Shown here piece by piece: positions 1-8,655 of a DNA stretch of 64,000 nucleotides (the stretch's first letter is position 1; every line of letters starts with the position of its first letter). The notes under the pieces were generated by a model. That model saw only the letters and a list, made by a program, of their open reading frames with translations, was not told the DNA's origin and made no database searches. A program made the translations under genes and the position numbers. Source of the stretch: an uncultured Gemmatimonadales bacterium (GTDB lineage: Bacteria; Gemmatimonadota; Gemmatimonadetes; Longimicrobiales; RSA9); contig CAWAMW010000002.1 in NCBI GenBank assembly GCA_963783305.1, forward strand, positions 864,001 to 928,000, written 5' to 3'.

Positions 1-1
1 C

Positions 2-1249
2 AAGGCGCTGCGGGCGCTGTACGGTGGAGGCGCCCGGCGTATGCTGTTGCGGGACCTGGAGTTCGCCTTGATCGAGGACCACGCGCTCGACCACCGGTCC
101 GTCTTCCAGGCGGACGCGTTCACGGCGGTGCTGATCGGACGGAAGCGCCGTCGGATCGCGACCGGATCACCGGCGGTCTCGGCGGGAGATCATGCGCTCG
201 GCAACTCACCTGGCGACTCGGACCTCAGAGTTCGCATGGTCCGCAGGGGCGTGGAGCCGCTCGAGTACACAGTGGGGCAGAGGGACCTGCCGCTCTTCCC
301 GGACGACCCGTCGTCACCGTGGGTCATGGCCCCGCCGCCGGTCGTGACCGTATTCCGCCGCATGCAGGAGGCCGGGCCGCCGCTGGGGGCACACGAAGGG
401 CTGCGGGTCCGCCGCGGCGTGATGACCGGCGCGAACGGACCGCTGCTCTTTCCGGACGTGGAGCCGAAGCTCGGTGGACTCGCTGCAGTCACGGCCGAGG
501 GCCACAGGCGAGCACGGCGGGAGGGCCGGTCCGGGACCGTCGCATCCCACTACCGCGGCGTGGTGGAAATGGAGGCGCTCAGACCGCTCGTCCGCGGCGC
601 TGGTATCGACGCCTTCCACTATCGCTCCGACGGCTACGTGGCCTGGTGCCACGACGAGACGGCGGCACCGGTTCACCCACCTCGCAGGATGCGCCAATAC
701 CTGGAACGGCACCGGAACCGGCTCGAAGGGCGTGCCGGATGGCGGAAGGGCATGCCGCTGGGGTCCGTCTTCCGACTGTCGCCGGAGACGCTGGGGCCAA
801 AGGTGGCCTGGCACGACCTCTCCGACACGCTCCGGGCAGTGGCTCTGCCGGCGCGCGTGCGGCGGGACGGCCACGAAAGGGAGCTCGTGCCGCTGAACAC
901 GGTGTACTTTCTGCCGACACCCGACCAGGACACCTCGATGCTGCTCGCCGGTATTCTGAACTCGCTGCCGGTTCGTACCATGGCCCGCGCGGTGGCGGAA
1001 CGAGCCAAGGACGCCCGATTCCGGTTCTTCGCCTGGGCGGTATCCGCACTTCCCCTGCCGAACGAATGGCGGTCCGCGCCCGCCTCCCGTGAAGTGCTCG
1101 AGATCTCCGCCAGCGCCCATCGGAACGAAGGAACCGACACCGCCCAGGACCGACGCCTGGACCGCGCGGTGGCGCACCTGTACGGCCTCGATGTCGCCGA
1201 CATCGACACCCTCTCCCGCTTCGATGCATGGCTCAGGGCGGCGCCATGA
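2..1249 (+). CDS. C-terminal part of an Eco57I/TaqI-like N6-adenine DNA methyltransferase (target-recognition region), 5'-truncated by the window edge
   Basis: Frame open from base 2 (KALRALYGGGARRML, like the post-catalytic xYGxxLR segment); VRRGVMTGAN, PLVRG, PKVAW, NTVYF and LAGILNS resemble TaqI-C/type IIG segments. Catalytic NPPY motif is not in the window. Confidence 0.7.
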   Translation, partial: KALRALYGGGARRMLLRDLEFALIEDHALDHRSVFQADAFTAVLIGRKRRRIATGSPAVSAGDHALGNSPGDSDLRVRMVRRGVEPLEYTVGQRDLPLFPDDPSSPWVMAPPPVVTVFRRMQEAGPPLGAHEGLRVRRGVMTGANGPLLFPDVEPKLGGLAAVTAEGHRRARREGRSGTVASHYRGVVEMEALRPLVRGAGIDAFHYRSDGYVAWCHDETAAPVHPPRRMRQYLERHRNRLEGRAGWRKGMPLGSVFRLSPETLGPKVAWHDLSDTLRAVALPARVRRDGHERELVPLNTVYFLPTPDQDTSMLLAGILNSLPVRTMARAVAERAKDARFRFFAWAVSALPLPNEWRSAPASREVLEISASAHRNEGTDTAQDRRLDRAVAHLYGLDVADIDTLSRFDAWLRAAP

Positions 1250-1839
1250 GCGTGGTCCGGGTGGTGGATGAACGGAGCGAACGCCCGCTGCGGCCGCTCA
1301 TCGGCGAGCTGCTCACGAGCTGTGCCCACGCCGACCTCGCCCTCCAGCGCGTCCGCCTGGCTGCGCTGGACCTCACGGACCAGGAGGTCCACGGGCCCCG
1401 CAGATGCCGCGTGCTGCTCGGGCAGCTGGACGCGTGGACGCTCCTCGATGCCGACTCGGGCCCGGCCCGAGACCGCGCGGGGCTGGGACGGCTCCATGAT
1501 TGGCTGGCGAGCGGCAGGCTCGAGGTGCGCTCCGCCGGGATCGGCGCCTGGACCCCCGATTTCTCCATCTTCCACCACGTTCCGGCGCCGCCGACGTGCC
1601 TCCTCGGCGCGCACTACTTTGGAAGCCCACAACTCGCTGTCGGACCGTCTGTTACGGTCGTTATTTCCGAGGCGGCGGCGGCCCGGCTGCTGCAGCGCCG
1701 GTTCAATGAGCTCTGGGAGCGCGCCCACGATGTGGCGCCCGCCATCGTCGCCGTGCTGCGAGGGGCAGTGGGCGGAGACCCGGGGCTTGGCCGGAACGGA
1801 GGCCCGGACGGAAAGAGCCTTGCCGAGCTCACCCCGTGA
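1246..1839 (+). CDS. Degenerate phospholipase D-like nuclease-fold protein lacking the HKD motif
   Basis: ATGA overlap with the MTase stop; layout RVLLG...LEVRS...LLGAHYF...RFNELWERA follows the PLD-like nuclease pattern, but no HxKxxxxD or GSxN. Confidence 0.55.
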   Translation: MSVVRVVDERSERPLRPLIGELLTSCAHADLALQRVRLAALDLTDQEVHGPRRCRVLLGQLDAWTLLDADSGPARDRAGLGRLHDWLASGRLEVRSAGIGAWTPDFSIFHHVPAPPTCLLGAHYFGSPQLAVGPSVTVVISEAAAARLLQRRFNELWERAHDVAPAIVAVLRGAVGGDPGLGRNGGPDGKSLAELTP

Positions 1840-1852
1840 GGTCGCCCTCCAG

Positions 1853-4405
1853 ATGCTGGCCGGACTCTTCTCGATCGAGCGGACGGAGAGGGGATCGATA
1901 GAGGAATCGTTCTCGCTCCCTGCGTTCCAGCGGGAGGCCGTGGACCGGGTGCGGCGGGTGCTGGCGCGCCGGAGCGGGGCGGTGCTCGCCGACAGCGTGG
2001 GGCTGGGGAAGACGTATGTGGCGCTGGCACTGATCGAAGAGACACTGAGGGGCGGAGGAGATGCCCTGGTGATCGTACCGGCGGCAACGCGGGCCATGTG
2101 GCGAGCGCGGCTCCGGCGCTTCGAAGGGATCGGCGGGGGCTGGCATCTGCTGTCCCACACGCAGCTTGCACGTGGAATACGCATACCCGTTCGGGTCCCC
2201 ATCGGTGGACCGCCACCACGCCTGATCGTCGTGGACGAAGCCCATCGTTTCCGGAACCCGCGGACGTTGAGGTACGGTGCGCTGGCCGCGCTTATCGGCG
2301 CGGAAAGCGGCATGCTGCTGATCACGGCCACGCCCGTAAACAACCGGCCGGCCGATCTCCTGCACCTGATCCGGCTGTTCGCGCGAGATGACGCCTTCCG
2401 GGATGTGGGGGTGCCGAGCCTCGAGGGGGCGTTCCGGGCGGGTGCAACACCGGGACTCCGCCGCGGACGTGCGGGTCGGCTGCGCGACATCGGAGTGGAC
2501 GAGGCACAGGTCGCTGCCGTGGTGCGGAGCGTTGTCGTCCGCCGGACCCGGGCGATGGTCGACGCGAGATTCGACGCGGGCGAGGAGGGGCCAGCGCTGA
2601 GGTTCCCAAGCCGGGGACCCCCGCAGATCGTGCGGTTCGAGGACCCGGCGCTGGCGGGGCTCGTTGCGGCTGTCGCCCGCCTGGAGCTCCCCGTGTACCA
2701 CCTGGACCGCACGGCCCCGGGAACCGCGGCCCTGGTCCGGCTGAACCTGCTGAAGCGACTGGACTCTTCCCCTGCCGCGTTCAGATCGACAGTGGCGCGC
2801 CTGACGCAGGTGGCGCGCGCCGCGCTGGATGCGGCGAGAGTCGGACGCGTGCTGTCCCCGTCGCGCGGCGTTGCCGCCGGGACGACGGACGACCTCGACC
2901 CTCTCCAGCTGACGATGGTGGAGCTGGTGGCGAGCGCCGCGCCACCCGCCCTGGACCTCGAGGCGTTGACGTCAGCGCTCGAGCGGGACCTCCAACGTCT
3001 CGGTTCGATGGCCAGGCGCCGGCCCAGCGGCGTACAGGATCGCAAGCTCGATGCGCTGGCCCGTCTGCTGGACGACCTGACGGGCGAGAAGGTGCTGCTG
3101 TTCACGGAGTACCGCGACACGGCCGAGTCGCTGGGACGCGCGCTGAGCGCTCGGCGCCGGGTGGGTCGGGTGGACGGCGGCGGCGCCTGGCTCGGCGGTC
3201 GGCGGGCGGGTCGTCGAGCGGTGCTCGAGCGCTTCGCGCCCCACGCGAACGGCCGGCCACCGCCACCCGACCGGGAGCATGTGGACGTGCTCATTGCCAC
3301 CGATGTCCTGTCCGAGGGGCTCAATCTCCAGGATGCCCGGCACGTGGTGAGCTACGACCTCCCCTGGAACCCCGTCCGGCTGCTCCAGCGGATCGGCAGG
3401 GTCGACCGTCTAGGCTCGGCGCACGACCAGGTGGAGGTCCACCTGTTCGTCCCCGGGAGCGGCCTGGAGCCGCTCCTGGGTCTTGTCCGTCGACTGCGGA
3501 CGAAGCTGGGCGACATCTCCGCCGTGGTCGGCGCCGACCACGCGGACGACCTCCTCGACAGCCTCGCCCGCCGACCGAAGTACGTGAAAGCGGGGCGCGA
3601 CGGCGGCGCCGACGGGGCGGTTCCGAACCCGTTCGTCCCCACGCCGAGCGATCCAATGGAGACACTTCGCACGCTGTGGCTGGCGGAGCGCCGCTCAGCC
3701 ACGAGGGCACGCGCCGCCGTGAACGGGGAAGCGGTCACCCCGGGCGCGCACCCGCGACAGACCGCCACCGCCGGGTGCGTCGCGGTGCCCGCGTCTCACC
3801 CGGCCGCCTCGCTCCGTTGGGTCCTGCTCGTGAAGGGCGCGGGGGACCCCGAGCTGCTCGAAATGGGAGCCTCGGGAGCAGTGCGGCGCGCCGGCCCGGC
3901 GGCCTCCGCCGCGCTCCGGTTCGCCCTCACCTCCTCCAACGACCCCGACCCCGGCCCCGGCCCCGGTGACGCCGCACCCGCGCCTCTGGACGCGGTGCTG
4001 GAACACCTGAGAACCAGGACTGCGATGGCTGCGGGTCCGCCACCACTCCGAGCCCAGACGCCGGCGGCGCGTCTCGCCCGCGCGCTCCGTCGCGGCCTCG
4101 GGCGATCGGGGGCCGCGGCCACTCCCGGCCAGATCGGCCGGGTCGATTCCCTACTGCGGCAGCTCGCCCTGCCGTTGAGTCCCGCCGAGGAATCGGCGGT
4201 TCGAGCCCTCCTGCACTCTGAGGCGCCGGATCTGAGTGCGCTGCTGGACCAGGCCGAGTGTGCGCTTGGAACTCGCCGTCGCTCCCCTCCGCCAGCCGCT
4301 GCCCGCAACGGCGACCCCACATCCGCACCCTCTCCGACGGTCCCGCGGCCGCGGGTACTCGCCGCGCTTTCCATCCGCCTCGCCGCACCCCCCGACCACG
4401 GTTGA
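1853..4405 (+). CDS. SNF2/RapA-like superfamily 2 helicase (start uncertain; may be the frameshifted continuation of the upstream ORF)
   Basis: LADSVGLGKT, VVDEAHRFRN, LITATPVNN, VLLFTEYRDTA, ATDVLSEGLNLQ, YDLPWNPVRLLQRIGRVDR motifs. Confidence 0.9.
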   Translation: MLAGLFSIERTERGSIEESFSLPAFQREAVDRVRRVLARRSGAVLADSVGLGKTYVALALIEETLRGGGDALVIVPAATRAMWRARLRRFEGIGGGWHLLSHTQLARGIRIPVRVPIGGPPPRLIVVDEAHRFRNPRTLRYGALAALIGAESGMLLITATPVNNRPADLLHLIRLFARDDAFRDVGVPSLEGAFRAGATPGLRRGRAGRLRDIGVDEAQVAAVVRSVVVRRTRAMVDARFDAGEEGPALRFPSRGPPQIVRFEDPALAGLVAAVARLELPVYHLDRTAPGTAALVRLNLLKRLDSSPAAFRSTVARLTQVARAALDAARVGRVLSPSRGVAAGTTDDLDPLQLTMVELVASAAPPALDLEALTSALERDLQRLGSMARRRPSGVQDRKLDALARLLDDLTGEKVLLFTEYRDTAESLGRALSARRRVGRVDGGGAWLGGRRAGRRAVLERFAPHANGRPPPPDREHVDVLIATDVLSEGLNLQDARHVVSYDLPWNPVRLLQRIGRVDRLGSAHDQVEVHLFVPGSGLEPLLGLVRRLRTKLGDISAVVGADHADDLLDSLARRPKYVKAGRDGGADGAVPNPFVPTPSDPMETLRTLWLAERRSATRARAAVNGEAVTPGAHPRQTATAGCVAVPASHPAASLRWVLLVKGAGDPELLEMGASGAVRRAGPAASAALRFALTSSNDPDPGPGPGDAAPAPLDAVLEHLRTRTAMAAGPPPLRAQTPAARLARALRRGLGRSGAAATPGQIGRVDSLLRQLALPLSPAEESAVRALLHSEAPDLSALLDQAECALGTRRRSPPPAAARNGDPTSAPSPTVPRPRVLAALSIRLAAPPDHG

Positions 4406-4431
4406 CGATACCCCGGGAGTGCCATTACCTT
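4402..4431 (+). promoter_or_regulatory. Sigma70-type promoter for tRNA-Asn
   Basis: TTGACG (4402-4407), 18-nt spacer, TACCTT (4426-4431), 11 nt before the tRNA. Confidence 0.6.
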
Positions 4432-4442
4432 TTCCCGTCTAT

Positions 4443-4515
4443 TCCCGCGTAGCTCAGTTGGTAGAGCAGGTGACTGTTAATCACCGAGTCGTAGGTTCGA
4501 GTCCTACCGCGGGAG
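4443..4515 (+). tRNA. tRNA-Asn (GTT), CCA not encoded
   Basis: Acceptor stem TCCCGCG/CGCGGGA, D arm AGCTCAGTTGGTAGAGC, anticodon arm GGTGA-CTGTTAA-TCACC, T loop GGTTCGAGTCC. Confidence 0.97.
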
Positions 4516-4616
4516 CTGAACGACGGCTCAAAGTCGTTGTGGCACAATGGGTCTCCGAATGCGTTGCGGGCTGACCGCACATTCGGAGGCCCGTTTGCAT
4601 GTTGGGCACCCGCTCG

Positions 4617-5510
4617 TCACCGGACTGCGACGAAGAGCGTATCGCCGTTGAAGTCGAGGGCCGTGACGCGCTCCGGCGAGAATGTACCGGGTGACGGGGT
4701 CAGCGTGAGGTCGAACCGGCCGCCGGCCGGCCGACTGGCGTCGAGGTGGATGCCGTCCTGGAGCTGCTCATCGCGAGCGCTCGAGCCCCGGGCGACGATG
4801 TCGTAGTAGCTGACGCGCCGGGTCGTCCCGGCGCCGCTCAGCTCCAGCGTCTGAAGGGTCATCTGCTGGAGCGGCAGGTCGAGCACGACGCTCTCTCCCT
4901 GGAACGTCACCGGCACGTCGTCGAGGGGCGTGTGGGGGAGCACCTCCAGAGGGTTGCGGCTCCTGCGCTCGTCCCGTGTCCGGGTACTTCGTGGCAGTCC
5001 CACGAAGTACCCCAGGTGAAGGTGCGCGTAGCTGGCGCCGGTGCGGCCTGCCGTCCCCACCTTCTGCCCGGCCTCCACGCTGTCGCCCTCCGCCACCGAG
5101 ATGCTCTCCAGGTGGAGGTACGACGTGGACCGATCGTCCGAGTGCGCCACCAGCACGGCGTTGCCCGGCCCGGTGCTCGATCCGTCCCATCGGGAAACGA
5201 GGATCACCCGGCCGGGGAGCACGGCGTTGACCGGGGTCCCGATGGGGGCCGGCAGGTCGATCCCCGCGTGGAAGTCGTACCCGCCCGGCAGCGCGCGGGG
5301 CCCGAAGGGGGCGTGGACCGAGTCGGCGTCGACGTCTCCGGTGTTGGCCAGGGGCCAGACCAGCGACTTGATCGGCGGCTCGGGCTCTTCGGGCCACTTC
5401 CCCTCGTCCGTAGGCCCTGCCCCGCATCCTGCGAGCAGCGGGGCGAGGAGGACGAGCACGCCGAGCCGCGCACGCCAGCGGGCCCAGCGGGTGGCGCGTC
5501 TGGATGTCAT
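4617..5510 (-). CDS. M23 family metallopeptidase, lipoprotein
   Basis: Lipobox LLAGC; HAGID, YLHL and HLH zinc motifs. Confidence 0.9.
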   Translation of the reverse strand: MTSRRATRWARWRARLGVLVLLAPLLAGCGAGPTDEGKWPEEPEPPIKSLVWPLANTGDVDADSVHAPFGPRALPGGYDFHAGIDLPAPIGTPVNAVLPGRVILVSRWDGSSTGPGNAVLVAHSDDRSTSYLHLESISVAEGDSVEAGQKVGTAGRTGASYAHLHLGYFVGLPRSTRTRDERRSRNPLEVLPHTPLDDVPVTFQGESVVLDLPLQQMTLQTLELSGAGTTRRVSYYDIVARGSSARDEQLQDGIHLDASRPAGGRFDLTLTPSPGTFSPERVTALDFNGDTLFVAVR

Positions 5511-5805
5511 GTCGACTCACTCCGATGGGTGGCGGGAACACCGCCACGGTCACGGAGTGGCGCCAGCCGCGCAAGGGGTCCCCGCGGGAAGGGTCGTCGG
5601 CGGTTGCCGGGAGCGCGAGGGACGGGTATACGTCGAGACCATTCATGCGGCCGTTTCCCGAAGTTTGGAGGCTCGACTCGTGGCTCAGATCCAACAGGCC
5701 CACACTCCGCGGACCCGTCCTCCGCGGGTGACCATCGCCCCGTGCCCCGGCTGTTCGTCGGGCTCCCGCGCCGCTCCGACGGCCCGGCGCCCGCGCCGCC
5801 GGTCC

Positions 5806-7623
5806 ATGGCCCGGTGGGCCGTCGTGGTAGCGGCCGGACTGGCCGTGGCCGGGTGCGCGGGGTCCGTCGGCCCCGCGGCGGGTCCCGCTCCGGCGTCCCC
5901 CGGCCGGGTCGTGTCCCGGCCCACCCCGGCCCCGGACGCCGGGAAGCGGGTCGTGGTGGACACGGCCGCCGTCACGTCGGCGAGCCCGTTCGCCAGCGAG
6001 GTCGGGCTGGAGATGCTCCGGATGGGCGGGAACGCCATCGACGCGGCCGTGGCCACGGCGTTCGCCCTGGGGGTGGTGGAGCCCCAGATGTCCGGGCTCG
6101 GCGGGGGCGGCACCATGCTGATCTGGCTCCAGGCCGAAGGCCGGACCGAGTACCTCGATTTCTATGCGGCGCAGCCCGCGGCCGCGTTCCGCCGCGGATC
6201 AGACCGGCCGGCGGAAGGGCCGCGGGACCTCCGCATCGTTGCGGTACCGGGCGAGGTGGCTGGACTGTGGGCGGCGCACGAGCGGTTCGGTCGTCTCGCG
6301 TGGGAGACTGTCATGGAGCCGGCCATCCGTCTGGCCAGCGACGGTTTCCCGGTGAACCAGATCCTCGCCCAGATGATCGCCGGGGACTCGGCCAAGCTCG
6401 CCGGCTTCGGCGGCTCCGACCTGCTGTACCCGGGCGGAGCGGCGCTGCCGCCCGGCGTCCGACTCCGGAACCCGGCTCTTGCCGAGAGCCTCCGGCGCGT
6501 GGCGGCCCGAGGACCGGCCGGCTTCTACGACGGACGGACGGCGGCCGAGGTCGTCGCTACCATGAACGCTGGCGGGCACCCGGTGTCTCTCGAGGATTTC
6601 CAGGCCTACGAGCCGCAGTGGCAGCGGCCTCTCTGCACCGTGTACCGGGGCCGGGTCGTGCTGTCGGCACCCCCGCCCCAGACGGGAACGCAGATCCTCC
6701 ACACCCTCGAGCTCCTTGAGCGACACGATCTTGCTGCGCTGGGGCTGCCCACCCGTGACGCCCGGGCGTTCGACGTGCTCGCCAGCGCGCTCCGCCTGGG
6801 CTCCACCGTCCGGGCTCTCAACGGCGACCCGCGCTGGGTCGAGTCCCACGCCCGGGGCCTCGTCTCCGAGCACTACGCCGACGAACGGTCGTCGCTGGTC
6901 GGGGGCGGCCGTGTACCCGAGGAGGTGAGACCCGTCAGCGCAGAGGCCTTCGACGCCGAGCCCTACGCCCCCGCATGCGCCGCCCACGACCCGTGGCGCA
7001 CCGGCACGCCGATGGCGGCCGGCGGGCCGGGAATCACGGCACTGGCGGGAATGCCGCGAATGGGCGAGGCGGCGGGCGGGGGAGAAACCACCCACCTCTC
7101 GGTTGTGGATGGTGAGGGGAACGCGGTGGCGCTGAGTCAGACCAACAGCATGATCTTCGGCAGCGGCGCGTTCGTGGAAGGGTTCTTCCTGAACGATTCC
7201 GGCTACCGATTCGACCCGGAAGAGCTGGAGGGCTCGCTGCCGGCCGACGGTTGGCGGACCCGGACGTCGACCATCGCACCCACGATCGTGCTGGAGGACG
7301 GGCGGGTTCGAATGGTGGCAGGGGCGCCCGGCGGCGGTCGGATCCCCACGGCCATCGTCCAGAACATGGTGTACGCCCTGGACTACGGAATGGACCCACT
7401 GGAGGCCATGCGCATGCCCAGGATCTTCCCGGACCGGCGGGATCGAACGGTCCAGCTGGAAAACGGCTTCTCCCCGGAGGTCCTGGAGCGGGCCCGGTCC
7501 ATGGGGTACGACCTGGAGGCCCTCTCCTTTGGCTATGCCCGCCTCTACATGATCGTCCGGGTCGGGAACCGGTGGGTCGCCGTGGCCGATCCTCGCCACG
7601 ACGGTGAAGCCCGGGGGTACTGA
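5806..7623 (+). CDS. ggt: Gamma-glutamyltransferase family protein, lipoprotein
   Basis: GGNAIDAAVA, SGLGGGG, VAVPGEV, nucleophile TTHLSVVD, GAPGGGRI, DPR; lipobox AVAGC; start inferred. Confidence 0.88.
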   Translation: MARWAVVVAAGLAVAGCAGSVGPAAGPAPASPGRVVSRPTPAPDAGKRVVVDTAAVTSASPFASEVGLEMLRMGGNAIDAAVATAFALGVVEPQMSGLGGGGTMLIWLQAEGRTEYLDFYAAQPAAAFRRGSDRPAEGPRDLRIVAVPGEVAGLWAAHERFGRLAWETVMEPAIRLASDGFPVNQILAQMIAGDSAKLAGFGGSDLLYPGGAALPPGVRLRNPALAESLRRVAARGPAGFYDGRTAAEVVATMNAGGHPVSLEDFQAYEPQWQRPLCTVYRGRVVLSAPPPQTGTQILHTLELLERHDLAALGLPTRDARAFDVLASALRLGSTVRALNGDPRWVESHARGLVSEHYADERSSLVGGGRVPEEVRPVSAEAFDAEPYAPACAAHDPWRTGTPMAAGGPGITALAGMPRMGEAAGGGETTHLSVVDGEGNAVALSQTNSMIFGSGAFVEGFFLNDSGYRFDPEELEGSLPADGWRTRTSTIAPTIVLEDGRVRMVAGAPGGGRIPTAIVQNMVYALDYGMDPLEAMRMPRIFPDRRDRTVQLENGFSPEVLERARSMGYDLEALSFGYARLYMIVRVGNRWVAVADPRHDGEARGY

Positions 7624-7654
7624 CCCGGAGCCGGGACGAGCGCCCTCGAGATCC

Positions 7655-8632
7655 TCATGGCGTCCCCGGCTCCTCCTCCCGCTCCGCCTCCAGCACCTCC
7701 AGGAAGCTGAGGGGGTCCACCGTCACCGCCCCGTAGCGGGCGATCCAGTGGAGGTGGGGCCCTGTGACGCGGCCGGTGGCGCCCACCTCGCCGATCTGCT
7801 CGCCCGCCTCGACGGTGTCGCCCTCCGCCACGAGCTGCCGGCTCAGGTGGAGGTACGCGGTGACCAGCCCAGCCCCGTGGTCGATGTAGACCACGTTCCC
7901 GCCCAGGAAGAACTCGTCCACCAGCGCGACCACGCCGCGGGCCGCCGCCCGAACGGGTGCGCCCACAGCGCCCCGGAAGTCGGTGCCCATGTGGCGGCTG
8001 GTCACCTCGCCGTTGAACTGACGGCCATCGCCGAACGCGCTCGTGATCCGGGTGGCCCGCGGGTGGACCACGGTGTCGGACCAGAGCCGCGGCGTCTCGT
8101 GGGAGCGTGCGGAAACCTCCCGGGCTCGCTCCGACTCCCGCCGCATGCGGGCCTGTATGGCCGAGTCGGGCGGCGAGCCGTACCGGGGCGCGACGCTGAG
8201 CGCCTCCATCCGGTAGTCCCCGGCCCGGATGGGGACGGCCATGGTGAGGGAGTCGGTGGCGCCGTCGTCCCACTCGGCGATAACGGGCAGGAGCAGCTCA
8301 CCCTCGGCCTCGATGGGGGCCGCGGCGAGGGCGGCGAACTCACCGTCGCGGACCTCCTGGAAGTGGAGCGGCTGGTCGGCGAAGGTCGCGCGGAGCGTGC
8401 GGAGGTACTCCGGCCGATCGGCGGAGATCAGGACTCGGAAGAGGCGGCCCTGGACAGGGTAGTCTGGCTCCCAGCGTACCTCGACCCGGGAGATCTGCGC
8501 GTGGGCCGCGGCCGACAGGCCGGGCGCAACCAGCGCCACCAGCAGCAGCACGACCGCGGTGGTCGATCGTGCGACGAACCTCCACGCGGACCCGGGTGCG
8601 GCGGAACGGGAGTGCTCGGAGGGTACGTCCAT
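7655..8632 (-). CDS. M23 family metallopeptidase, secreted
   Basis: Signal peptide; HMGTD, YLHL, GATGRVTGPHLH. Confidence 0.9.
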   Translation of the reverse strand: MDVPSEHSRSAAPGSAWRFVARSTTAVVLLLVALVAPGLSAAAHAQISRVEVRWEPDYPVQGRLFRVLISADRPEYLRTLRATFADQPLHFQEVRDGEFAALAAAPIEAEGELLLPVIAEWDDGATDSLTMAVPIRAGDYRMEALSVAPRYGSPPDSAIQARMRRESERAREVSARSHETPRLWSDTVVHPRATRITSAFGDGRQFNGEVTSRHMGTDFRGAVGAPVRAAARGVVALVDEFFLGGNVVYIDHGAGLVTAYLHLSRQLVAEGDTVEAGEQIGEVGATGRVTGPHLHWIARYGAVTVDPLSFLEVLEAEREEEPGTP

Positions 8633-8655
8633 GGCGCTACTCCACAGCTGTGAAA

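Noticed and set aside
673..3324. Long antisense and alternative-frame ORFs (also 8569-11022, 18740-20548, 26910-28616, 38035-40098, 47040-49043)
   Set aside because: Shadow ORFs typical of high-GC DNA opposite well-supported genes
3940..3970. Short 6-bp repeats in the helicase tail (and 9-bp repeats near 56150-56195)
   Set aside because: In-frame low-complexity linker expansions
4443..4616. tRNA-Asn as an active island attachment site
   Set aside because: No integrase and no duplicated tRNA 3' end noticed in the window
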